Shown: one piece after another, positions 56,235 through 64,000 of the stretch
Layout of the letters: each line of letters starts with the position of its first letter
Position numbering within the stretch: the stretch's first letter is position 1
NCBI GenBank assembly: GCA_964586635.1
Contig: CAZPGN010000001.1
Coordinates: 72,932-136,931, forward strand
Source: an uncultured Candidatus Saccharibacteria bacterium
GTDB lineage: Bacteria; Patescibacteriota; Minisyncoccia; Phycocordibacterales; CAZPGN01
DNA length: 64,000 nt
Direction: 5' to 3'
The notes under the pieces: generated by a model
What the model saw: only the letters and a program-made list of their open reading frames with translations
Databases searched by the model: none
Told to the model about the DNA's origin: nothing
Made by a program: the position numbers and the translations under genes

Positions 56235-58691
56235 CTAGAGGAGCGTGAGAGATGCGATGGTGTCTTTTTCACGCAATTTCATAATACGCACTCCTTGTGT
56301 TTGGCGCCCAAGAACAGGGACCTCTGCCATCCCAGTACGTATAACTTGACCATTTTTAGAGATTGCTACAAACTCCGAGACCGTGTCAGTAACAACACGA
56401 GCGACCATTATCTTACCGGTCTTTGATGTAACATTTGCCGTCTTAATGCCGCTTCCGGCTCTCTTTTGTACCTTATACTCGGGTAGCGCAGTTCGTTTGC
56501 CGTAACCGTTCTCACTCATAATCATAAATGTTGCCGCGACATAATCCGCGGTAATAACCTCCGCCCCAACAACCGAATCTCCTTTTTTTAAGGTTATTGC
56601 CCGAACGCCGCCCGCCGCACGCCCCATCTCGCGAACATCCGATTCCTTAAAGCGGATAGACTGGCCATTTGCCGTGGCAAGGATAACAGTATCGCCCTTT
56701 TCCGCAAAGAATGCCGAAAGAAGCTGGTCGCCATCATCAAGACGGATAGCCGCCAGACCGTTGCGGCGCACATCCCGAAAGTTTGCCGCCGAAACTTTTT
56801 TTATAACACCCATGCGCGTCACCATCACCAGCGAGAGGTCTTTCTGTCGCGTAACTTTTGGCATGGGGAGAACGGATGTCACTCGATCGTCACTCGTAAG
56901 CGACAGGAAATTCATTATGGATTTTCCACGGGTCGCACGCCTTCCCTCGGGCAAGTCATACATTTTTATTTGGTAGGCGCGGCCGCTATCCGTAAAGAAG
57001 AGAAGGTCGTCGTGCGTATTTGCCGTCAGGAAAATCGTTATGAAATCCTCCTCTTTAATATCAAGGTCGACCACACCTATGCCGCCTCGGCGTTGTGCTC
57101 GATATTCTGATGGGTCAGTGCGCTTCACATAACCGCCAGCCGTGAGAACGAGCACATTCTCCGCTTCAGGAACAAGATCTTCTTCGGTAATTTCCTTCAC
57201 GCCCTGTCTCACAATGCGTGTGCGGCGATCATCACCATATCGTTCCGCGATCTCCTTAAACTCTGTCTTTATAACAGCAAGAATCTTTTCGGGATGCGCA
57301 AGAAGGTCTTTCAAATACACAATGAGCTTGCGAACCTCTTCGAGTTCATCCTCTATTTTCTTGCGCTCGAGTCCCGCGAGTTTCTGCAAGCGCATATCAA
57401 GAATTGCAGTTGCCTGCCGATCCGAGAGAGCAAACTTCTTCATGAGGTTCGCATGGGCGGTCGGAGTATCACTCGACCCCTTGATGGTCTTGATGACTTC
57501 ATCGATATGGTCAAGCGCTTTCTTCAAACCAGAAAGAATGTGTTCGCGATCCTCTGCTTTCGAAAGATCATACTTCGTCCGCCGCGTAACAACTACGCGG
57601 CGGTATTTCAAAAATTCTTCCAGCACGCCACCCAGAGAGAGCGTCCGTGGAATGCCGTCAACGAGAGTTACCATGTTGTAATTAAAGGTCGTTTCGAGCG
57701 GCGAATGCTTGTAAAGGTAATTGAGCACCTTTTGAGGATTGACTCCCTGCTTCAGCTCTATCACGACGCGCGTTTCTTTCGTGGATTCGTCGCGAATATC
57801 GCGCACGCCTTCCAGCTTCTTTTCTCGAACTTGGTCAGCGATACCTGTTATCATTTCAGCCTTGTTCACCTGATACGGAAGAGAGTTGATGATGATATGA
57901 AAACTTCCTGCCTTTTCTTCGACTATCTCTGCCTCGCCCCGCACTACCACGCCCCCTCTGCCGGTCGCATACGCGTGATGAATATCAGTTCGGTTGTATG
58001 CAATGCCGCCCGTCGGAAAGTCGGGGCCTTTTACATACTTCAGCAAGTCTTCTGTCGTTGCGTCTGGATTGTCGATACGATACACAAGCGCATCAATAAG
58101 TTCGCGCAGATTGTGCGGCGGTATCTTCGATGCCATGCCGACAGCGATACCAACAGTGCCGTTTAGAAGAAGGTTCGGGACTGCGGACGGAAGCACCGTA
58201 GGCTCATTGCGGGTCGCATCATAATTCGGCGCAAAATCAACAGTACCTTTTTCAATATCGCGCAGAAGCTCGCTTGAGAGCCGCGACATACGCGCCTCCG
58301 TATACCTCATAGCGGCGGCCGAGTCGCCATCGACACTGCCAAAATTGCCCTGGCCTTCTACCAATGGGTAGCGCATATAAAAATCCTGCGCCATCTTAAC
58401 CATCGCGTCATAAACTGATGTATCGCCGTGCGGGTGGTACTTTCCGAGCACATCGCCGACAACTGCCGCAGATTTGCGGAACTTCGCCTGGTGCGTCAGA
58501 CCGAGTTCGTGCATGGAATATAAAATACGGCGATGCACGGGTTTTAACCCATCTCGGACATCAGGAAGCGCCCTCGAGACAATAACGCTCATCGCGTAAT
58601 CTAGGTATGACTCGCGCATTTCCGGAACGATATTGGTCGAAATGATGCGTTCTGTCGTTGACTTCTGTTGTTTTTTTGGGTCGTCTGCCAT
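56235..58691 (-). CDS. gyrA: DNA gyrase subunit A
   Basis: [28 protein letters not shown], GyrA box QRRGGIG. Confidence 0.97.
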   Translation of the reverse strand: MADDPKKQQKSTTERIISTNIVPEMRESYLDYAMSVIVSRALPDVRDGLKPVHRRILYSMHELGLTHQAKFRKSAAVVGDVLGKYHPHGDTSVYDAMVKMAQDFYMRYPLVEGQGNFGSVDGDSAAAMRYTEARMSRLSSELLRDIEKGTVDFAPNYDATRNEPTVLPSAVPNLLLNGTVGIAVGMASKIPPHNLRELIDALVYRIDNPDATTEDLLKYVKGPDFPTGGIAYNRTDIHHAYATGRGGVVVRGEAEIVEEKAGSFHIIINSLPYQVNKAEMITGIADQVREKKLEGVRDIRDESTKETRVVIELKQGVNPQKVLNYLYKHSPLETTFNYNMVTLVDGIPRTLSLGGVLEEFLKYRRVVVTRRTKYDLSKAEDREHILSGLKKALDHIDEVIKTIKGSSDTPTAHANLMKKFALSDRQATAILDMRLQKLAGLERKKIEDELEEVRKLIVYLKDLLAHPEKILAVIKTEFKEIAERYGDDRRTRIVRQGVKEITEEDLVPEAENVLVLTAGGYVKRTDPSEYRAQRRGGIGVVDLDIKEEDFITIFLTANTHDDLLFFTDSGRAYQIKMYDLPEGRRATRGKSIMNFLSLTSDDRVTSVLPMPKVTRQKDLSLVMVTRMGVIKKVSAANFRDVRRNGLAAIRLDDGDQLLSAFFAEKGDTVILATANGQSIRFKESDVREMGRAAGGVRAITLKKGDSVVGAEVITADYVAATFMIMSENGYGKRTALPEYKVQKRAGSGIKTANVTSKTGKIMVARVVTDTVSEFVAISKNGQVIRTGMAEVPVLGRQTQGVRIMKLREKDTIASLTLL

Positions 58692-58694
58692 AGT

Positions 58695-58913
58695 TTACGG
58701 CTTAATAAAATCCAATACGGCGCCAAGAATCATTGAAATTTGCTTGCTGATTGTCGCAGAAGGATTTGCGTCGATGGTGGAAGAAAATGGGTTAAAAATA
58801 ATCCATGAAATGGAAATCGATGCGACGATGATCAGCGAAACACCCCAAGCTATATTCCTTCTCTCTTTTTCCGGCAAGCGCCGCAAGCGCGCAATCCTAT
58901 CCACGATCGTCAT
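58695..58913 (-). CDS. Small single-TM hypothetical protein
   Basis: Co-oriented in the operon; basic region then TM. Confidence 0.55.
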   Translation of the reverse strand: MTIVDRIARLRRLPEKERRNIAWGVSLIIVASISISWIIFNPFSSTIDANPSATISKQISMILGAVLDFIKP

Positions 58914-58932
58914 AAATAATATCTATGAGTCT

Positions 58933-59562
58933 CTATTGCGGCTTAAGTACTGATATAATTCCCGTCCCGCTTCCGACATCTTTCTTTTTAATCGTCAATT
59001 TTTCAACCGTCTCGCTCTCGACAACTCCCTCCGCCTTCAGGAATTTCTTAAGGGCATCCTCGTTTCCGTCGTAGAGCGGCACTATGTATGTCGGTTCAAG
59101 CATTGTCGCGACCTTGTGCGCATCGGCGGGCGGCAGGGCGTCGGGTCCAGCGATCAGAATAAAGACAACATCGACTTGACCAATCTGCTCTCTGACGGCG
59201 GCGGTAATCTCGTCTTTCGAGCGCAGAAACCCGAGATGACAAAGCGAAATATCATCGAGACGCGCCACGAACACAGTGTTAGTCTGCGCGCCAGCGGCAT
59301 CGCCAACAACCGTGGGAATGCCTTTCACAAACACGCCGCTTACCTCGTACTCTCCCGGCCCGTCTATAACGAACGGCGCTCGATCGCCGTAGGTCGCATT
59401 TTCGACCCCATTTGCGTCAGGGTGGTCCATCGACACAAAAACGATATCAGCGCCAAACTTGCTTGGTTTTGCGTCCGAATTCCTAGAAATCGGATTAAAT
59501 GCGAGCACAAAATCTCCCTGGGCAACCTTAACTGTGGCTCGCTTATGATAGCTTAGGACCAT
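58933..59562 (-). CDS. MBL-fold protein (Lactamase_B_3-like), metal motif degenerate
   Basis: ADIVFVS.DHPD, IDGPGEYEV, CHLG, LEP.YIVP. Confidence 0.8.
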   Translation of the reverse strand: MVLSYHKRATVKVAQGDFVLAFNPISRNSDAKPSKFGADIVFVSMDHPDANGVENATYGDRAPFVIDGPGEYEVSGVFVKGIPTVVGDAAGAQTNTVFVARLDDISLCHLGFLRSKDEITAAVREQIGQVDVVFILIAGPDALPPADAHKVATMLEPTYIVPLYDGNEDALKKFLKAEGVVESETVEKLTIKKKDVGSGTGIISVLKPQ

Positions 59563-59669
59563 ATGTACATTATAGCATATTTCACCTACTTATGCACGGG
59601 CAACGGGGTTAGGTTGACCATCGGCCTGTTGCGCGCCATACTGCGGTTGGACAGAAAGGAGTGTTACAA

Positions 59670-60521
59670 ATGCTGGATAGGATGGTTCCCATAGGCGAGC
59701 CGACAAAAAACTCCCTTATTGAAAGGAGAAGCAGGGAGGCTGAAGGATGTTCGGGGGTGGGGTGCGGACAATGCCTTGGCAGAAACGCCTTGAGCATCGG
59801 GCTTGGTTTTGTGAGCGCCGCAAGCTCTTTCGCGACGAATACCTTCGGTTTGTTTGGCGCTTCGGGTGGTTTCGCCATGACAATGACAACCTGCATCGCC
59901 GCCGTAGGCGTTGGAGCAATTGTCTTTCTCCTGATGCCGCACGGTCTTGCCCATTTCGTTGTTGCTCGGTGGCGCGCGCGCAGAACCCTTTCGGGGAAAG
60001 CTCATGTGTTCCTGGTTGAGGCGGTTGACTTCATGTCAAGCCAGTTCGATGAACGCATCGCGCGACTTACGAGTGCCGGCAACCAAAGACTGCTTCAGGT
60101 TCAACACCTGCTTAAGCAAGCCGCATTGGTCAGGAACAGAGTTTCGACTGACGAGGCGATATCGCCAGAACAATCTTCACTCACCGAAGAAGCCCTAAGA
60201 CAAGTCGAGCTTCTCGGCTTATACGAGAAAGCATGTCAATCATTCCTCAACCGGATAGCAGAGAAACAGACTGCCTTCCATAACCGCATGAAAGACATTC
60301 GCGCTCGACTTAATTGTATCGCCGCGTTTGACGAATTACCGCTCCCCATAGAGCGAGATACCGTTCAATATGTGGCATTGCTCGAATATGAAATGCACGA
60401 ATTGCTCGAGAGCGGCAACTCTGCGATTGCTGAAATTGCAGAGACGGCTCTTCCGGAGCCGCAATCCAGAATCGAGCAAAAGGAGCTAGAATCTCGTGGC
60501 CTCTTGGGGGCTGCAAAATGA
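59670..60521 (+). CDS. Hypothetical protein, hydrophobic hairpin plus coiled coil
   Basis: AAAGGAG RBS; long ORF filling the gap. Confidence 0.6.
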   Translation: MLDRMVPIGEPTKNSLIERRSREAEGCSGVGCGQCLGRNALSIGLGFVSAASSFATNTFGLFGASGGFAMTMTTCIAAVGVGAIVFLLMPHGLAHFVVARWRARRTLSGKAHVFLVEAVDFMSSQFDERIARLTSAGNQRLLQVQHLLKQAALVRNRVSTDEAISPEQSSLTEEALRQVELLGLYEKACQSFLNRIAEKQTAFHNRMKDIRARLNCIAAFDELPLPIERDTVQYVALLEYEMHELLESGNSAIAEIAETALPEPQSRIEQKELESRGLLGAAK

Positions 60522-60583
60522 ATCCAAACTGGTCTTTCCCGCAATCCCTGACATAACCACTTGCCAGGGATTCTTCCTTTGGG

Positions 60584-60606
60584 ATGAAGGGGTCAGGAGC
60601 CTTCAT
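60584..60606 (-). repeat. REP-like palindrome copy
   Basis: ATGAAGGGGTCAGGAGCCTTCAT. Confidence 0.85.
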
Positions 60607-60740
60607 AATACCGCCTCGCGCAAAACATTTTCAAAAGCAAGATAATCAGCGTCAGTTTGGAAAATTGGTAGTCGTGCGTTAGCGCGATTGATGATATGGT
60701 AAACGACGTCTCCGACATCGGTGCGTGGTGGGCGTGGCAT
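60603..60740 (-). pseudogene. Truncated REP-associated Y1 (IS200-like/RAYT) transposase, N-terminal 45 aa
   Basis: Manual translation MPRPPRTDVGDVVYHIINRANARLPIFQTDADYLAFENVLREAVL*; stop supplied by the REP; HUH and Tyr motifs absent. Confidence 0.8.
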
Positions 60741-60766
60741 ACTGTTCAGTGTAGCACAAAATGGAT

Positions 60767-60789
60767 ATGAAGGCTCCTGACCCCTTCAT
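60767..60789 (+). repeat. REP-like palindrome copy
   Basis: ATGAAGGCTCCTGACCCCTTCAT, inverted relative to the 60584 copy. Confidence 0.85.
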
Positions 60790-60864
60790 TCCTAGCTTGC
60801 ACAGATATGTCTTTTCGCGTATATTTGAGCGGCATTATCAATATAATCATTATTGGTTAACGGT

Positions 60865-62004
60865 ATGAATACAGATACCATAACCTCCACCGCCCTCGCC
60901 TCGGAAACAACTGGCACACGGCCAGATCGACAGAAAGGCGTAGAAAAAAATGAGCGGATGGAGCAAATTTTAAAAGACGCGCCGCTCCCGCCAGCGCCGG
61001 GCGATCTTGCGGTCGGCAGAGTGATAGGTCACGACAAACTTACTCTCTATATAAATCTCGAACCCTTTGGGACCGGAATCATTTTTGGACGGGAGTATCT
61101 CGGCACCCGCGATCTCATAAAGAAAATAAAAATTGGCGATGAAATAACTGCAAAAGTAATCGAGGGCGAAAATGAAAATGGCTACGTCGAACTCTCCTTA
61201 AAGGAGGCCCGTCAGGCTGTCATTTGGAAGGATGCAGAACAAGCAATCAAGGAAAAGCGCATACTCGAACTCTCTATTAAAGATGCCAACAAGGGCGGGC
61301 TCCTCATCGAGTGGCAAGGCATTCTCGGATTCTTACCCGCATCTCAACTTTCTTCAGACCATTACCCTCGTGTGGCGGACGGCGACAAGGATAAGATAAT
61401 GGAGGAACTTAAAAAACTCATCGGCAAGACAATTTCAGTATCAATTATCACCGCAGACCCAAAAGAAGAAAAAATAATTTTTTCTGAAAAGGCCGGCAAT
61501 GAACAAGACAAGCATGAGATCATCGCGAAATACAACCTGGGAGATGTTTTGAGCGGTACCGTCACGGGCGTCGTGGATTTTGGAGTTTTCTTGAAGCTTG
61601 AGGAAGGTCTCGAGGGGCTTGTCCATATCTCGGAAATCGACTGGTCGCTCGTTGATGATCCCAAGACGCGCTTTAAGGTTGGCGATTCTGTGCAGGTAAA
61701 GGTCATCGAAATTAAGGACAGCAAAATCTCTCTCTCCATTAAAGCCCTAAAGGAAAATCCTTGGAAAAAGGCGGCTGAACGATACAACAAGGGCGCGGAA
61801 GTGAGCGGCGTTGTCATCAAGTACAACAGACACGGCGCCCTCGTCTCGATCGAAGAAGGTATAGCGGGATTAGTGCATGTATCCGAATTCGCCTCTCCCG
61901 AGGAACTCCGGCAGACGCTTGAACTCGGAAAAACCTATCGCTTCACCATCAATCTGTTCGACCCAAAAGAACAGCGCATGACATTGTCATATATTACGCA
62001 ATAA
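60865..62004 (+). CDS. rpsA: 30S ribosomal protein S1 (4 S1 domains)
   Basis: ANKGGL, GFLPASQL, FGVF...EGLVHISEI. Confidence 0.92.
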   Translation: MNTDTITSTALASETTGTRPDRQKGVEKNERMEQILKDAPLPPAPGDLAVGRVIGHDKLTLYINLEPFGTGIIFGREYLGTRDLIKKIKIGDEITAKVIEGENENGYVELSLKEARQAVIWKDAEQAIKEKRILELSIKDANKGGLLIEWQGILGFLPASQLSSDHYPRVADGDKDKIMEELKKLIGKTISVSIITADPKEEKIIFSEKAGNEQDKHEIIAKYNLGDVLSGTVTGVVDFGVFLKLEEGLEGLVHISEIDWSLVDDPKTRFKVGDSVQVKVIEIKDSKISLSIKALKENPWKKAAERYNKGAEVSGVVIKYNRHGALVSIEEGIAGLVHVSEFASPEELRQTLELGKTYRFTINLFDPKEQRMTLSYITQ

Positions 62005-62607
62005 TTACTCGCATTTGTTGAATCGATTCATTGCCACCGATAATCCCTCCTCAATAATAGTATCGATAGCTTCGGCGGTTCGCCGCAGAATGACGGGAAG
62101 CTTGGCCGCTTCTCGCGCGGAAAATCGCCCAAGCACGAACTGCTCCACGGCATCTTTTCCGAGTGGCTTATGAGCTACTCCCTGGTCGTCGGTCGGCGCG
62201 AGACCGATGCGGATACGACAAAATGCATTCGTTGCGAGCGCGTCAATGATGGATTGCACGCCACGATGTCCTGCCGAACCTCTATCGAACGAAATTTTAA
62301 TCGAACCGAACGGCACATCGATATCATCGTGGCACACGACAAGCGCCCTGCCATCAAAGTCGCCGGACACAATGCGCCGCACAGCGTCGCCCGACAAATT
62401 CATAGAGGTTTGAGGAAGCACAAGCATAACGGACAGTCCATGCATGGCGCCTTCCGAAATTTGCGCCGCGCGACGAGGGTCAATATGCCAGTCCGAAAAC
62501 TCCGGCCGCGCGGCGCGATACGACTCGAGCGCCATGCGGCCGACATTATGGCGCGTCTTTGCATATTGCTCGTCAGGATTTCCGAGGCCGACAATGGTGT
62601 ATATCAC
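62005..62607 (-). CDS. pth: Peptidyl-tRNA hydrolase
   Basis: VGLGNP..Y..TRHNVG, MNLSG, HDDID, GHRG, RIRIG. Confidence 0.95.
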   Translation of the reverse strand: MIYTIVGLGNPDEQYAKTRHNVGRMALESYRAARPEFSDWHIDPRRAAQISEGAMHGLSVMLVLPQTSMNLSGDAVRRIVSGDFDGRALVVCHDDIDVPFGSIKISFDRGSAGHRGVQSIIDALATNAFCRIRIGLAPTDDQGVAHKPLGKDAVEQFVLGRFSAREAAKLPVILRRTAEAIDTIIEEGLSVAMNRFNKCE

Positions 62608-62711
62608 ATATATAGCGTACAGGCAGACAACTCTGCGTGCAACAAAAACTCTATTTTGTACAAAGGCAAAGCGATGTAGTACAATTGCGTGGTGGAAACG
62701 GAAAAAAATAC

Positions 62712-63320
62712 ATGACCGAAACGCAAGATCACCATCATGACGACGATGAAAGTGGTGGTTCTTTTGTGATCGAGATCGTAAAGTTTGCTATCATTGCCTT
62801 GCTTGTGATTTACCCCGTCCGTGCCTATGTCGCCCAACCGTACATCGTACTCGGCGAATCGATGGAGCCTACCTTTCACGAACGGGAGTATCTCATCGTA
62901 GACAGACTCTCGTATCGCTTCGATGAACCAGAACGCGGAGCAGTCATCATATTCAACTTTCCCTTAAGCGAAAAGAGTCCTCCTGAACGCTTTATCAAGC
63001 GCATCATAGGGCTTCCGGGAGAAACTATCGAGTTTAAGAATGGTAAGCTGTTTATCACTACTTCGGGCGGAGGACGCTTCCAATTCGTCGAATCATACCT
63101 CGAATTCACCACCTCCGGCGATTCCATGGCACGGAAACTGGGACCGAACGAGTATTTTGTTGCGGGTGATAATCGTCCCGAAAGCTCTGACTCGCGCATC
63201 TGGGGTCCCATAACCCGCGACGATATTGTGGGGAGAGTCTACCTGCGCCTATTTCCATTCGGACGAGTAGGATATCTTCCAGGCGACCTGCGAACAAACC
63301 AAAGCAGAACTGCAAACTAA
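62712..63320 (+). CDS. lepB: Signal peptidase I
   Basis: GESMEPT, FIKRIIGLPGE, GDNRPESSDSR. Confidence 0.95.
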   Translation: MTETQDHHHDDDESGGSFVIEIVKFAIIALLVIYPVRAYVAQPYIVLGESMEPTFHEREYLIVDRLSYRFDEPERGAVIIFNFPLSEKSPPERFIKRIIGLPGETIEFKNGKLFITTSGGGRFQFVESYLEFTTSGDSMARKLGPNEYFVAGDNRPESSDSRIWGPITRDDIVGRVYLRLFPFGRVGYLPGDLRTNQSRTAN

Positions 63321-63332
63321 CAACAATAATCC

Positions 63333-64000
63333 ATGTCGGAGAAAAAATCGATGAAACAAGATAAGCTCCCACGCCGCCCCACGGGCACACGAGACCTTGT
63401 TGGCGAACATTACCTGCTCGTACAAGGTTTTTTTGAGAAAGCCGCAGAAATAGCTCTGTATTATGATTTTTCTCCGATCGAAACTCCAACCCTCGAGGAA
63501 TCAGCAATATTCATGACCGGACTCGGCGAAGATACCGACATAGTTAGCAAGGAAATGTATACCCTCAAGACGAAGGGCGGAAGTCAACTTGCCATGCGGC
63601 CAGAGGGCACCGCAGGCGTCATGCGCGCATATATCGAGAATGGCATGCAAAGTCTTCCCCAGCCGGTAAAGCTCTACTACGCGGGTTCTTTTTTTAGACA
63701 CGAACGCCCTCAGCGCGGCAGGTGGCGAGAGTTCAAACAGTTCGGCATTGAAGTGCTCGGTGCGCCGAAGAGCATCGCCGATGCTATGGTCGTTATGATT
63801 CTCATGAAAATTCTTGAGGAGGCAGGTTGTTCCCGTCTCTCGGTACAACTCAACTCAATCGGCGACCGCGATTGCCGCACCAATTATCGCCGCGCGCTTG
63901 TCGCATATTATCGAAAACACATAAGCGATCTATGCGAAGACTGCAAGGAGCGTCTTAAAACAAACCCTCTTCGCTTGCTCGATTGCAAGAATGAGAAGTG
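63333..64000 (+). CDS. hisS: Histidine-tRNA ligase (runs off the window edge)
   Basis: Manual translation: PTGTRD, IETPTLE, TDIVSKEMY, MRPEGTA, FRHERPQRGRWREFKQFG. Confidence 0.94.
   Translation, partial: MSEKKSMKQDKLPRRPTGTRDLVGEHYLLVQGFFEKAAEIALYYDFSPIETPTLEESAIFMTGLGEDTDIVSKEMYTLKTKGGSQLAMRPEGTAGVMRAYIENGMQSLPQPVKLYYAGSFFRHERPQRGRWREFKQFGIEVLGAPKSIADAMVVMILMKILEEAGCSRLSVQLNSIGDRDCRTNYRRALVAYYRKHISDLCEDCKERLKTNPLRLLDCKNEK

Overview
This is a chromosomal segment of a reduced-genome bacterium, most likely Patescibacteria/Parcubacteria (CPR). That assignment is inferred from a short IF2, Zn-less short DnaX, short Rel, a VirB2-like pilin array, a giant surface protein and standard code 11. The backbone is housekeeping (nth, dnaX, argS, serS, dprA, topA, rel, parB, miaA, rpmG, clpB, iscS, infB, rbfA, gyrA, rpsA, pth, lepB, hisS, 8 tRNAs), plus an alpha-glucan / oxidative pentose phosphate / thioredoxin cluster at 1.1-11.8 kb. 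Four features stand out. (1) An AT-rich, non-canonical integron-like element at about 11.99-15.53 kb: a 270-aa tyrosine recombinase lacking the IntI-specific insertion, a palindromic attI-like site, and four cassettes (MazG, unknown, methyltransferase-like, hicBA). The cassettes are separated by branched attC-like sites, and each intact cassette is bounded by its own 23-24 bp terminal inverted repeat with a conserved 2-nt mismatch. (2) A candidate ~185-nt sRNA with promoter, two stem-loops, an anti-Shine-Dalgarno loop and a terminator (15.6-15.8 kb). (3) Structured elements behind tRNA-Tyr and tRNA-Cys that are complementary to their own tRNA T-arm; the Cys element is a 136-bp tandem repeat. 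(4) A dispersed 23-bp REP-like palindrome, with a truncated REP-associated Y1 transposase between two inverted copies at 60.6 kb. All calls come from reading the sequence by eye; no searches were run.
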